From an uncultured Gemmatimonadales bacterium (GTDB lineage Bacteria; Gemmatimonadota; Gemmatimonadetes; Gemmatimonadales; Gemmatimonadaceae), in assembly GCA_963850905.1 (NCBI GenBank), contig CAWKMU010000003.1, positions 2,592,001 to 2,656,000 of the forward strand: a stretch of DNA of 64,000 bases, read 5' to 3'. The translations under genes were made by a program, and so were the position numbers. Position 1 is the first letter of the stretch. Every line of letters begins with the position of its first letter. Positions 39,671 through 53,322 of the stretch are shown here, in pieces. The notes under the pieces were generated by a model. That model saw nothing but the letters and a program-made list of their open reading frames with translations, did no database searches and was not told where the DNA came from.

Positions 39671-40795
39671 ATGATCGAACTACCGATGCTCCGTTCTTGC
39701 CGCCGCGCTGCACTCGGCGTCGTCCTGGCCGTTTCGAGCCTCCTGACAGGCAGCGCGCTGCGCGCCCAGACCTCCGCGGGGAAGGTCGCGGCGTACGGCG
39801 TCGGCGATTCGATGCTCGTCGGACACCTTACGGGCCAATGGTACGACATCAATGTAGTCAACCGGCGGCTCTTCGGCGCTGGGAATACAATTATCGACAT
39901 CGACCAGCTGCGCGTGATTGGGCACATCGCCGACAGCACGCCCGGGGCGGTGTATTTCGTCGCCGCCGAGGACGAACGCGGCCTGACGAGCACCGGCGTG
40001 GTCTTCAACCCGACCACCGGCGCCGTCGGTGAGCACATGCCGATCCACGGCGATGGCATTGCGTACGAGCCCGAGACCCGACGGGCACTCCTGCTCGGGG
40101 ACACGATCCGAGTCGTCAACCTCGCGCCGTCGCTGCAGGCGTTCCCTATGATGCAGCGACCGCGGTCGGGCCAGGGCGGCATGGGTGGTGGCTATGGCCA
40201 GCCAATGGGGATGAACCAGGATCCCCGGCGCGACACGGTCGTCCGTCGGTTGCCGCCCGTGCGACTGACCGCGACCATTGTCGGTGAGATACCGCTCCCG
40301 TCGGCGGCCGTGGCGGGGGTCGCGGACGGCGCTGGCCACGTGTATGTCGCGGTGCCTGGTGTCGACAGCGTGCTGAAGATCAATGGCGACAAGCTACGGG
40401 TGGTAGGTGGTCGCCCCGTGTCCCCGTGCAGGGCGCCCTCGGCTCTCGCGATCGACAACGTCCATCAGCGACTGTTCGTGGGGTGCGACTCGGGACTCAT
40501 CGTACTGTCGCTCAGCGATGGTCACGTGTCTGGGCAACTCGCCACCGGCGGGCATCCGACGGAGATCGCCTTCAATGTCGGAGCGGGCCTGCTCTTTGTC
40601 GCTGGCGGCGATCACGGCATCGACATCGTGCACGAGGACAATCCGGAGCACTACAGCATCGTGCAGACTGTCTCGGATCCGCGCGTCGTGGGCGCGAGCG
40701 CGCTCGTGCTGGATCCCACGACACATCGTGTATTCGTACCGCGCATCGGCGCGGACGGGATGCTCCGCCTCTGGATCCTCGAACCGCAGTTCTAA
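39671..40795 (+). CDS. YncE-like secreted beta-propeller
   Basis: Signal peptide; DGIAYEP, DGAG.VYV, PC..PS.LAID...RLFVGC, LDP.THRVF. Confidence 0.8.
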   Translation: MIELPMLRSCRRAALGVVLAVSSLLTGSALRAQTSAGKVAAYGVGDSMLVGHLTGQWYDINVVNRRLFGAGNTIIDIDQLRVIGHIADSTPGAVYFVAAEDERGLTSTGVVFNPTTGAVGEHMPIHGDGIAYEPETRRALLLGDTIRVVNLAPSLQAFPMMQRPRSGQGGMGGGYGQPMGMNQDPRRDTVVRRLPPVRLTATIVGEIPLPSAAVAGVADGAGHVYVAVPGVDSVLKINGDKLRVVGGRPVSPCRAPSALAIDNVHQRLFVGCDSGLIVLSLSDGHVSGQLATGGHPTEIAFNVGAGLLFVAGGDHGIDIVHEDNPEHYSIVQTVSDPRVVGASALVLDPTTHRVFVPRIGADGMLRLWILEPQF

Positions 40796-40983
40796 GGGTG
40801 CGCGGCAGGCGCCTCGACCACCTTTTCCACGGTGATGGTGAGGTCTGGGTGGCGTGAGCGCCCGACCTTCATAGCGTCGCGGACTGCGGCGATCGCACGG
40901 CGACCGAAGTCGTGCCCAGGCTCGTCGTCGCCTTCGACTGACACCGTGAGCAGCAGTTGAATGGCCTTCTGCATGACGATCAA
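40792..40983 (-). CDS. Small hypothetical protein
   Basis: Protein-like ORF MQKAIQLLLTVSVEGDDEP..LTITVEKV. Confidence 0.5.
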   Translation of the reverse strand: MIVMQKAIQLLLTVSVEGDDEPGHDFGRRAIAAVRDAMKVGRSRHPDLTITVEKVVEAPAAHP

Positions 40984-41085
40984 AGGTAGAGCGCGATGTC
41001 GTCGGCTGCGAGAGGAGGCGGGCGTGGATCTTCGCGCCCGTGTACTCCCTAACTCCTAACCCCCGGTCCTGACTACCTTGCCAGG

Positions 41086-42378
41086 ATGAAGCGTCTGGAG
41101 CGCGGCGTCGCGGGCGAAGTGCGCGTCCCCGGGGACAAGTCCGTGTCTCACCGCGCCCTCATTTTTGCGTCCCTGGCGACGGGTGAGTCAAGGATCCGCG
41201 GCATCCTCGATTCGGCTGACGTCCGCTCGACGGCGTCCGTCTTGGGCACGCTCGGCGTCCGGCTCCCGACTGGCTTCCGGCGCACCGTTGGCAACGAGGA
41301 GCTCGTGGTCAGCGGGCGAGGCCTCCGCGGACTGCGCGCCCCGGCGCGCACGCTCGACTGCGGCAACAGCGGCACCACCGCGCGCCTCATGGCGGGCGTG
41401 TGCGCCGCTCACGCCTTCCGAAGTCGGTTTGAGGGCGATGCGAGTCTGAGCCAAAGGCCAATGGGCCGCATCGCCCGCCCGCTCGGTGCGATGGGCGCCC
41501 GCCTGTGCTTCGACGGCGCCGAGACGTTGCCGATGACGATCGATGGCGGGGCACTGCGCCCATTGACCTGGATCAACGAGACCGGCAGCGCGCAGGTAAA
41601 GAGCGCCATCTTGCTCGCCGCGACAGTCGCCGGAGTCCCCGTGACGGTGCGGGCCACGCGCCCGTCGCGCGACCACACGGAGCGCTTTCTGGAGGCGTTG
41701 GGCGCACGCATCGACCGCGAGTCCGACGCGGTGTCGCTCATCCCGCCGGATGCGCTGCGGCCATTCAGTCTGGATGTCCCGGGGGATCCTTCGTCGGCGG
41801 CATTCTTCGCCGCGCTCGCCGCACTCGCGCGCCGCGGCTCTCTCGATCTCCCGCATGTATTGGCGAGCCCGACCCGCGATGGATTCTTTCACGCACTCGC
41901 CGCCGCCGGTGCCGACATTCACTCGGAAGCGGAGGGCGAGACCGACGTCGGCGAGGCGACCGTCGCGTACACAGTGCGTCCCGGCGCCCTTCGCGGGATC
42001 GCGGTTGGCCCCGATGAGGTGCCGGGCATGATCGATGAGCTCCCGCTGCTCGCTTGCATCGGCGCGCGCGCGTCGGGCGATACAGTGATCACGGGAGCCG
42101 GCGAGTTGCGGGTGAAGGAGAGTGACCGGATCGCGGTGACGGTGGCCAACCTGCGCGCGATTGGGGTCGAGGCCCACGAGCTTCCCGACGGTCTGCGAGT
42201 CACGGGCAGCGAGCGCCCGCTCCGTGGGCGCGTCGAGACGCGCGGTGATCATCGAATTGCCATGGCCTTCGGGGTCCTGTCGACCCTGCCGGACAGCGAG
42301 ATCACGATCGATGATCCGCAGTGCGTCGAGGTGTCCTATCCGGGCTTCTGGCAGGACCTCGCCCGCGTCATCGCATGA
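41086..42378 (+). CDS. aroA: 3-phosphoshikimate 1-carboxyvinyltransferase
   Basis: PGDKSVSHRA, DCGNSGTTAR, SAQVKSA, LRVKESDRI, DHRIAM. Confidence 0.97.
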   Translation: MKRLERGVAGEVRVPGDKSVSHRALIFASLATGESRIRGILDSADVRSTASVLGTLGVRLPTGFRRTVGNEELVVSGRGLRGLRAPARTLDCGNSGTTARLMAGVCAAHAFRSRFEGDASLSQRPMGRIARPLGAMGARLCFDGAETLPMTIDGGALRPLTWINETGSAQVKSAILLAATVAGVPVTVRATRPSRDHTERFLEALGARIDRESDAVSLIPPDALRPFSLDVPGDPSSAAFFAALAALARRGSLDLPHVLASPTRDGFFHALAAAGADIHSEAEGETDVGEATVAYTVRPGALRGIAVGPDEVPGMIDELPLLACIGARASGDTVITGAGELRVKESDRIAVTVANLRAIGVEAHELPDGLRVTGSERPLRGRVETRGDHRIAMAFGVLSTLPDSEITIDDPQCVEVSYPGFWQDLARVIA

Positions 42379-43094
42379 GCGCGACCCGTCCCGTCCCGCC
42401 GCAGGGCGCAGCCTCACCCGCGCGTCGCCGACCCGTGGTCGTCGCCATCGATGGCCCGGCGGCGTCCGGAAAATCATCGACCGCGCTGTGCGTGGCCGAG
42501 CGCGTTGGGTTGCTCCACGTCGACTCCGGCGCGCTCTACCGCGCTGCGACGGCGGCCCAATTGCGCCTGAGCACGGACGTATCACAGTGGACGGAAGCGT
42601 CCGTCCTCGCCGCCGCGAAGATGGTGTCAGTCGTCGCACGAGCGACGACGTTTGTGCCGGTCCTCGCGGGCCGGGAGGCGGAGGACGAGATCCGGGGCGC
42701 CGACGTCACCCGGTCCGTCTCTCGTGTCGCGCAGATGCCGGCGGTCCGCCGATGGGTCGACGAGACCGTTCGGACGTTGGCGACGGATCACGACCTGGTG
42801 GTGGACGGCCGCGACATCGGTACCGTCGTGTTTCCCGACGCGATGCTCAAGGTGTTCCTCGTGGCGGATCCCTGGGAGCGCGCCCGACGGCGCCTGACCG
42901 AGCGGCTCGCCCGCGCACCCTCCGACGCCGAGATCGCGGAGGAAACAGACCGACTCGTGCACCGCGATGCACAGGACGCGACGCAGACGACGCAGGCGCG
43001 CGATGCGATTCTGATCGACACGACGTCGCTCACGCAGGAAGAGCAGGTGAGTCGGATCGTCGCACTGCTCGAGGCGGCGGTGGCGAGGGCCTGA
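42375..43094 (+). CDS. cmk: Cytidylate kinase
   Basis: AIDGPAASGKSS, DSGALYRA, DGRDIGTVVFPDA; aroA-cmk-rpsA synteny. Confidence 0.96.
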   Translation: MSATRPVPPQGAASPARRRPVVVAIDGPAASGKSSTALCVAERVGLLHVDSGALYRAATAAQLRLSTDVSQWTEASVLAAAKMVSVVARATTFVPVLAGREAEDEIRGADVTRSVSRVAQMPAVRRWVDETVRTLATDHDLVVDGRDIGTVVFPDAMLKVFLVADPWERARRRLTERLARAPSDAEIAEETDRLVHRDAQDATQTTQARDAILIDTTSLTQEEQVSRIVALLEAAVARA

Positions 43095-43139
43095 TCCCGG
43101 CCCTTGGTCCCCTAACCCCTACTCGCTCCGCACTTTACC

Positions 43140-43168
43140 TTGACTGCCAGCACCGACCCCGCTAGTTT
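43140..43168 (+). promoter_or_regulatory. Sigma70-type promoter for rpsA
   Basis: TTGACT-N17-TAGTTT. Confidence 0.65.
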
Positions 43169-43329
43169 AGCTGGTTCCCGATACATCTTTTTTCCGCGGG
43201 ACGGCGAGCATCGCCGGCTCGCGGACGGAATCGAGAGGGCCGCCGTCGTGCGGCCCTGTGTGATTCCGCACCCCTACCTTGGCGCGGCAAGCGATCAATC
43301 CGCGAGTGTGAGGAGATTTGGTCACCGAT

Positions 43330-45130
43330 ATGACTGAGCTCGAACCTTCTGCCTCTGTCGCCAGCGCCGCCGAACGGCGTGCACTGCCGGAGGTCGTGCT
43401 GACTCCACGAGAAAAGCGCGACATCCAGAAGGCACAGCTTCGCCCCCTCGCGAATCGCCGGCCCGAGTTGTACGACGAGGGCGACCTGCCGGACGAGCTC
43501 GAGTTCGAGCAGATGAGCGAGTTGTACCAGGGCACGATGGCGTCGATCGAGGAAGGCGAGATCGTCAAGGCCACGGTCCAGGGCATTCGCGACAACATGG
43601 TCGTGCTCGACATCGGCTTCAAATCCGAAGGGACCGTCCCGCTCGAGGAGTTCAAGGACCTCCCGGAGCTCAAGGCGGGCGACCAGGTCGAGGTCCTGCT
43701 CGAGCACCTCGAGGACCAGGAAGGGTCGGTCGTCCTCTCGAAGAAGAAAGCGGACTTCATGCGCGTGTGGGAGCGCATCCGCGTCGCCTACGAGACCGAC
43801 CAGCCGGTCGAAGGCACGCTGGTCAAGAAGATCAAGGGCGGCGTGGTCGTCGACCTCATGGGCGTCGACGCGTTCCTCCCCGGTTCGCAGATCGCGCTGC
43901 GCCGCGTTCCCAACATCGACGAGCTGCTGGGGCAGAAGTACGAGTTCAAGATCATCAAGCTCAACAAGCGCCGCCGCAACATCGTCGTCTCGCGCCGCGT
44001 GATCCTCGAGGCCGAGCGCGCGGGCAAGCGCGAGAAGCTGATGAAGGAGCTCCAGAAGGATCAGGTGCGGAAGGGCGTGGTCAAGAACATCACCGACTTC
44101 GGCGCGTTCATCGATCTCGGCGGCGTCGACGGGCTGCTGCACATCACGGACATGTCGTGGGGGCGGATCTCGCATCCGTCGGAGCTGGTGCACATCGGCC
44201 AGGAGCTCGAGGTCAAGGTTCTCGACATCGATTGGGAGCGCGAGCGCATCAGCTTGGGCCTCAAGCAGCTCCAGAGCTATCCGTGGAAGGACGTCGCGGC
44301 GAAGTATCCGGTCGGCACGCGCGTCCACGGCAAGGTGGTGTCGATCACGAACTACGGCGCGTTCATCGAGCTGGAGCCGGGCATCGAAGGCCTCGTGCAC
44401 ATCAGCGAGATGAGCTGGACGCGCAACGTCCGGCACCCGTCCAAGCTCGTATCGATCGGCGAGGCGATCGAAGCGGTCGTGCTCAAGGTCGATCCGAACG
44501 AGGAGAAGATCTCGCTCGGCATGAAGCAGACCGAGCAGGATCCCTGGGTCGTGCTGCCGCTCAAGTACCCTGTCGGCACGCGGATCACCGGCAAGGTGCG
44601 CAACCTCACGAGCTTCGGTGCGTTCGTCGAGATCGAGCCGGGGATCGATGGGCTGATCCACATCTCGGACATGTCCTGGACGAAGCGCGTGCAGCACCCG
44701 TCGGAAGTGGTCAAGAAGGGCGACACCGTCGACGTCGTGATCCTCAACATCGATTCCGACAACAAGCGGATCAGCCTCGGACTCAAGCAGGCCGAGGAGG
44801 ATCCGTGGCTCCGGATCGGCGAGACGTACCCGGTCGGCACCGAGCTGCGCGGCAAGGTCGTGCGGCTCATGGACAAGGGCGTCGTCGTCGACATCGGCAA
44901 CGACATCGAAGGGCTTCGTCCCGGTGAGCCAGTTGAACAACGGCAAGCCGGTGGCCAGCCCCGCGGACATCGTGTACGAGGGGATGAACCTCGACCTGCG
45001 GGTCCTGGAGGTGGATCCGATCCACCGCCGGATCGTGCTGGCGGTCACCGACATTCCAGCCGAGCAGCCGCCGCGACCGGAAACGCCATCGCAGGTGCTG
45101 CCCAATGGAGCCGCGAGCACGACGATATAG
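43330..45130 (+). CDS. rpsA: 30S ribosomal protein S1 (+1 insertion near 44911-44913)
   Basis: Repeated S1 domains (DFGAFIDLGG.DGLLHITDMSW etc.); removing one G restores EGFVPVSQL. Confidence 0.96.
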
Positions 45131-45170
45131 GTATGGTGGAGATAGAGCAGCCGGGGTCGGCGGCTCTCCT

Positions 45171-46722
<1,552 letters not shown>

Positions 46723-46724
46723 CC

Positions 46725-48274
<1,550 letters not shown>

Positions 48275-48278
<4 letters not shown>

Positions 48279-49636
48279 GGCGACACGGTCCGCAGGCGCG
48301 GCGACGAACAGCACCAGGGTGCCCCCGACTCGGGACCCAGGGACTGGCGGGCGCGCAGGAGGTTGACATCGACATCACGTCGATCGCCGCCGGGGGAGAT
48401 GGTGTCGGCCGCGCCAATGGCGTCGTGGTGTTCACGCCACGGACGGCGCCAGGCGATCGCGCGCGTGTACGCGCGGCCCCTGCGCGCGGCGGCCGGCTGG
48501 CGCGAGGCACGTTGCTCGCGCTGATCCGCTCCGCGGCGGTCCGGGTCGAGCCGCTGTGCGCGCACTTTACGCATGACCGGTGCGGCGGGTGCCAACTCCA
48601 GCATCTCCAGTACGGCGCGCAGCTGGAGGCCAAGGGAGGGATCGTGCGCGACGCGTTGACGCGGATCGCCCGCCGGCCCGTGACCACGGTCAATGTGCGA
48701 CCGAGCGCCAACGAGTGGCGCTACCGCCGCAAGCTCACGCTCGCGTTGCGGCGATCTGAGTCAGGTCGGTGGATTGCCGGCCTGCACCGATTCGACGCAC
48801 CGGACGAGATCTTCGATCTCGAGGATTGCCCGATTACGGAGAAGGGGGTCGTCGAGGTCTGGCGTTCCGTGATGCGGGCAGCCGCATTCCTCCCCGACGC
48901 GGCCGATCGTGGGTCGGTCCGAACGACGGACACCGGCTTCGCCTTCGTGCTCGAAGGGGGCCACCGTTGGCCGCAAGCGGCGGAGTTCGCAGCGATGGTG
49001 CCCGCGCTGACCGAGATCTGGTGGACCCCACCTGGTGGACATCGTCGCCGCCTGACCGATCACGCGACGGTGCCCCGATCGGAGCATCGCGACCCGTCGT
49101 CTGTGCAGCGGACCGGCGCATCGTTCGTGCAAGTCAATGCCGAGATGTCCACGTCGCTCCAGGCCGCGGTCGTAGCCCGGGTGCTTGCACATCGGCCGAC
49201 CACGGCGATCGATGCGTACGCCGGGACGGGAGCCACCGCGCTCGCGCTGACTCGACACGGCGTGCGCGTGACTGCGATCGAATCCGACACGGACGCGGCG
49301 AGGTATTGCGCGTCGCTGATGCCGGCCGGCTCGCGAGCGCTCACGGCCTCCGTCGAGGACGTGCTCGCCGCACAGTTGCCAGCAGATGTGCTGGTGCTGA
49401 ACCCCCCGCGTCAGGGCGTTGCACCGGCGGTGACGTCGCTCCTGGCAGGCGCGCCGCCGAGCGTGAGACCGCGCGCCATCATATATGTGAGTTGCGACCC
49501 GGCGACGTTGGCCCGCGATGTGGCTCGCCTGGCCGAGTGGCGGATCGCATCGCTGGACGCATTCGACATGTTTCCACAGACCGCGCACGTGGAGACGATC
49601 TGCGAGCTCGTGCCGGCACTGGGGGCATCCGCATGA
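48275..49636 (+). CDS. rlmD: TRAM-domain RNA m5U methyltransferase (RlmD/TrmA family)
   Basis: C..CGGCQ.QH Fe-S motif, F.QVN, NPPR, YVSCDPATLARD, DMFPQT.HVE. Confidence 0.85.
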
Positions 49637-50220
49637 GCGCGCAGCCTGGTGGCGCGAACGCGGCGCAGCCGCGAAGCCAGCGTCGTCGCACGCCGCAAAG
49701 TGGTGTGCAGTCGACCGCGACTTACACCGTCGAGGTGGGCGGCGTTTCGGTCGCCGTGACCCTGACGGGTGCGGGCGTCCTGCTGGACGGAAGAGAAGTC
49801 CCGGCGGAGGTGCTCGACGTCCCGGACTCGCCGATTCGCCTCCTCCGATTGGGGAATGCGGTCCATGAGTTGGTGCCTCGCCCGGCCGAGCACCGCGGCG
49901 GGTACGTCATCTCCCTCGGAGACCAGCGCGTCGACGTGGAGGCGCTGGATGAGCGCTCTCGCGCGGTCCGCTCGCTGCGCGCCGCCACCACCGCGCGGGT
50001 CGGCGTCGACCCCGTGCGCGCGCCGATGCCAGGTTTGGTCACGCGAGTCCTCGTCGTGCCCGGCGAGGAGGTCAAAGCGGGCGCCCGGCTCATCGTCATG
50101 GAAGCGATGAAAATGGAGAATGAGCTCCGCGCCAAAGCCGACGGTCGCGTGAAGGCGGTTCCCGTCCAGCCCGGTACGGCAGTGGAGAAAGGGACGTTGT
50201 TGGTTGAGTGGGAGGGGTAG
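49633..50220 (+). CDS. Biotin carboxyl carrier protein
   Basis: APMPG, EAMKMENE biotinylation motif. Confidence 0.92.
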   Translation: MSAQPGGANAAQPRSQRRRTPQSGVQSTATYTVEVGGVSVAVTLTGAGVLLDGREVPAEVLDVPDSPIRLLRLGNAVHELVPRPAEHRGGYVISLGDQRVDVEALDERSRAVRSLRAATTARVGVDPVRAPMPGLVTRVLVVPGEEVKAGARLIVMEAMKMENELRAKADGRVKAVPVQPGTAVEKGTLLVEWEG

Positions 50221-50256
50221 GGCATCGAGGTCAGGGGCTCACGCGGTGCTTGCGAT

Positions 50257-50299
50257 CCGGCGGGTAGGGGCGACGCAATGCGTCGCCCCTACCCGCCGG
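50257..50299. repeat. Extended perfect palindrome built on the GTAG REP
   Basis: 21-bp arms CCGGCGGGTAGGGGCGACGCA / TGCGTCGCCCCTACCCGCCGG. Confidence 0.85.
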
Positions 50300-50341
50300 T
50301 CCTCGTGCATCGTGACCGTTCTCCGGCGCCCGCCGCTCGCA

Positions 50342-50370
50342 TTGACTGTCCCTAACTCATTGGCTAGCTT
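50342..50370 (+). promoter_or_regulatory. Sigma70-type promoter for rplM-rpsI
   Basis: TTGACT-N17-TAGCTT. Confidence 0.7.
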
Positions 50371-50412
50371 ACGAATCTGTCACTAAACACGTCACGATTT
50401 TAATTCCTAGTC

Positions 50413-50904
50413 ATGCGCACATTTTCCGCCAAGACGGCGGATGTTGAACACCAGTGGTTTGTCGTCGATGCTGACGGACTCGTGCTCGGGCGCCTCGCGT
50501 CCGAAGTCGCGCGCGTCATTCGCGGCAAGCACAAGCCGACGTTTACACCCCACATCGACACGGGGGATAACGTCATCGTGATCAACGCCGCCAAGGTGAA
50601 GCTCACCGGACGCAAGATGGAGCAGAAGCGGTATTTCCGGCACACAGGATACATGGGTCACGAGCGGTTCACACCCGTCGAGACCGTGCTCGCCAAACAC
50701 CCGGAGCGTGTCGTCGAGCGCGCCGTCTATGGCATGCTGCCCAAGACGGCCCTCGGGCGGCAGGTTCTGCGGCGCAAGCTTCGCGTCTTCGCCGGTCCGG
50801 CGCACCCGCACGTCGCACAACGTCCCACGCCGCTCGTCGTCGCCGGGACGGCAGGCGCAAGTCGCGTGAACGCCGAGCACGCTGGAGGCGCCGGTGAGCG
50901 TTGA
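50413..50904 (+). CDS. rplM: 50S ribosomal protein L13
   Basis: W.VVDA...LGRLAS, GKHKP.FTPH.DTGD, GMLPK. Confidence 0.98.
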   Translation: MRTFSAKTADVEHQWFVVDADGLVLGRLASEVARVIRGKHKPTFTPHIDTGDNVIVINAAKVKLTGRKMEQKRYFRHTGYMGHERFTPVETVLAKHPERVVERAVYGMLPKTALGRQVLRRKLRVFAGPAHPHVAQRPTPLVVAGTAGASRVNAEHAGGAGER

Positions 50905-51292
50905 TCCGCTGACCAAGCACACCATCGGACGCCGCAAGGAAGCGGTCTGCCGGTTGTATCTGAGCCCGGGGTCAGGCAAGTGGTACGTCAACGGGCGGAC
51001 GCTCGGCGACTACTTCCCCCGACCCGCGCTGGTGTCCGCGATCCAGCAGCCGTTCACGGCGACAGACACGCTCGGCCGGTTCGATGTGCGAGCGCGTGTC
51101 GAAGGCGGCGGCCTGTCGGGACAGGCAGGTGCGCTGCGCTTGGCGGTCGCGCGCGCCCTGGTGCAAGTCGACGAGTTGCACCGTCGGAAACTCCGCGATC
51201 TCGGACTCCTGACACGCGACGCGCGCGCGGTCGAGCGCAAGAAGCCTGGTCGGCCGAAAGCGCGCAAGCGATTCCAGTTCAGCAAGCGGTAG
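50894..51292 (+). CDS. rpsI: 30S ribosomal protein S9
   Basis: GRRKEA, GGG.SGQAGA, ERKKPG..KARK..QFSKR. Confidence 0.98.
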   Translation: MSVDPLTKHTIGRRKEAVCRLYLSPGSGKWYVNGRTLGDYFPRPALVSAIQQPFTATDTLGRFDVRARVEGGGLSGQAGALRLAVARALVQVDELHRRKLRDLGLLTRDARAVERKKPGRPKARKRFQFSKR

Positions 51293-51387
51293 AGAGCATG
51301 CCGGTCGGACCGCGCAGCCGCGAAGCGGCATGGGCAGGGTCGGTCCGACGAGCATGCGGCAAGGCAAGTGTATGGCAACTCCAATAT

Positions 51388-51482
51388 CTCGCACGCGTCT
51401 CGAGTGGCGGCGGGTGCCGGCGTAGCACGAGGTGGCTCGCCGGTCGCACGCCACGATGACGGGCGCGGACGTCTAACCCGCA
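51388..51482 (+). ncRNA. rpsB 5' leader (t44/S2 autoregulatory element-like)
   Basis: CACGCG..CGGGTGCC..ATG..CGCGGA..TAACCC pattern directly upstream of rpsB. Confidence 0.6.
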
Positions 51483-51501
51483 CGAGGTCACGCTTCGACA
51501 C

Positions 51502-52395
51502 ATGGGTCCAAGTCTCGACGATCTGCTGAAAGCCGGTGTCCATTTCGGGCACCAGACGCGCCGGTGGAATCCGAAAATGCGGCGGTTCATCTTCGCCGAG
51601 CGCAACGGCATTCACATCATCGATCTGCAGAAGACGCTGCGGCAGATCGACCTGGCGCAGAAGCTCGCGCGCGAGGTCGTGCTACGCGGCGACAACGTGT
51701 TGTTCGTCTGCACCAAGCGGCAGCTCAGCACCATCGTGCAGGAAGAGGCCAAGCATGCCAGCGCCCTGTACGTGACCGAGCGCTGGTTGGGCGGGCTCCT
51801 CACCAACTTCCAGACAGTCAAGAAGCAGATCCGGCGGCTCAAGGACCTCGAGGCGGGTACCGAGACGGGCGGCGAGTTCGAGAACTACACCAAGAAGGAA
51901 CAGCTGCTGATGACCCGGCAGCGCGACAAGCTGTCTCGCAACCTGGCGGGCATCAAGAACATGACCAGGCTTCCGGGCCTCATGTTCGTGATCGACTCCA
52001 AGAAGGAGCGGATCGCGGTCAATGAGGCCAACAAACTGGGCATTCCCATCGTCGCGATTGTCGACACCAACGCGGATCCGGACCTCATCACGGTCCCCGT
52101 AGCTGGCAACGACGATGCGATCCGGTCCGTGGAGCTCATCACGCACGCGGTAGCCGAGGCGATTGTCGAGGCGCGTCGCGAAGCGCCGGTCCGGCAAGAG
52201 GTCGAGGAGGGTGAGAGCAGTACGTATAGCTCGGACCGCGGGATGGAGATGGCGGGCGGCGAGGAAGAGCGGCGCAGGAAGCGGCGGCCGCGCCGGCGGC
52301 GGGCGAAGCCGGAGGCGATTGCCGCACGACTCAAAAGTGGCGGTGAACCCGGGGGGGCGGCGGACGACGCCGGAGTGGAGGAGGCAGACGCGTAG
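51502..52395 (+). CDS. rpsB: 30S ribosomal protein S2
   Basis: AGVHFGHQTRRWNPKM, RWLGGLLTN, DTNADP, GNDDAIRS. Confidence 0.98.
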   Translation: MGPSLDDLLKAGVHFGHQTRRWNPKMRRFIFAERNGIHIIDLQKTLRQIDLAQKLAREVVLRGDNVLFVCTKRQLSTIVQEEAKHASALYVTERWLGGLLTNFQTVKKQIRRLKDLEAGTETGGEFENYTKKEQLLMTRQRDKLSRNLAGIKNMTRLPGLMFVIDSKKERIAVNEANKLGIPIVAIVDTNADPDLITVPVAGNDDAIRSVELITHAVAEAIVEARREAPVRQEVEEGESSTYSSDRGMEMAGGEEERRRKRRPRRRRAKPEAIAARLKSGGEPGGAADDAGVEEADA

Positions 52396-52447
52396 GACGC
52401 GCCGGCCCCAGAATGGTCCCGGTTCACATAGATTACAGGCTGACCCA

Positions 52448-52477
52448 CGCCGCCGGAGGTTTCCCCGGCGGCGTTTC
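52448..52477 (+). terminator. Hairpin after rpsB
   Basis: CGCCGCCGG..CCGGCGGCG followed by a short T run. Confidence 0.45.
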
Positions 52478-52560
52478 CACACGACGACTGCGCTGGATGC
52501 GCGGTAGCCCTCGCGACCAACTCGGGCCGCCAACAGGCCCGGAGCATAGGTGACGGACAT

Positions 52561-53169
52561 ATGACAACGACCAAGACGGTATCCCCCAAGGACGTGCAGG
52601 ATCTTCGCCAACGGACCGGCGCGGGCATCATGGAGTGCAAGCGCGCGCTCGAGGAATCGAATGGCGATATGGACCGCGCCGTCGACATCCTGCGGAAGAA
52701 AGGAGCGGCCAAGGCGGAAAAGCGCGTTGGGAAGGAAGCCCGTGAGGGGCTGGTGGGTACCTACATCCATCACGACGGCAAGCTCGGTGTCCTCGTCGAG
52801 GTCGATTGCGAGACCGACTTCGTCGCCCGCAACCCGGAGTTTCAGCAACTCGTTCGGCACATCGCCGAGCACATCGCCGCAGCCGCGCCCGCGGCCGTGG
52901 ACAAGGATGCGGTCCCGGCCGACCGCGTCGAGCGGGAGCGCCGGCTCTTCGAGGAACAGGTGCGGGAGAGCGGCAAACCCGCCCACCTGATCGACCGCAT
53001 CGTGACCGGCAAGATCGAGGCGTTCTACAAGGACGTCGCGCTGCTGCACCAGGCCTGGGTGCGCGACGACAAGCAGACGATTGGTGATCTCATCACCGCC
53101 TTCTCCGCCAAGGTCGGCGAGCGGATCGTCGTGCGGCGCTTCACTCGCTTCAAGGTGGGGGAGGAGTAG
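52561..53169 (+). CDS. tsf: Elongation factor Ts (short form)
   Basis: LR.RTGAGIMECK.AL, CETDFVA, RRF.RF. Confidence 0.97.
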   Translation: MTTTKTVSPKDVQDLRQRTGAGIMECKRALEESNGDMDRAVDILRKKGAAKAEKRVGKEAREGLVGTYIHHDGKLGVLVEVDCETDFVARNPEFQQLVRHIAEHIAAAAPAAVDKDAVPADRVERERRLFEEQVRESGKPAHLIDRIVTGKIEAFYKDVALLHQAWVRDDKQTIGDLITAFSAKVGERIVVRRFTRFKVGEE

Positions 53170-53322
53170 CAACGGGTGCCCGACGCCGCCTCCGATGCCA
53201 CGAGGCGCTCCGTGCCTGACGCTGGCGCGGCCGCCGGCGCAGACATGGTGCGACAGCTGGCGGCGAGAGCCGCGTCGTCAGGTCCTGAGGACGTGGGGGT
53301 CGCTGCCACTGCCGGAGCGGGA

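Noticed and set aside
1274..41000. tRNA-Leu-anchored integrative island or prophage
   Set aside because: No integrase, no duplicated tRNA 3' end and no phage gene cluster found by eye
43162..45120. Long antisense ORFs opposite rpsA, aroA, rpsB, pccB, pnp and others
   Set aside because: Shadow ORFs expected from high-GC codon bias; no independent motifs
48769..50220. 483-aa biotin carrier protein
   Set aside because: N-terminal part overlaps the methyltransferase out of frame; real start is near 49633
53176..53322. N-terminal extension or separate peptide before pyrH
   Set aside because: Low-complexity Ala-rich translation; an SD-preceded GTG at 53323 is the better start
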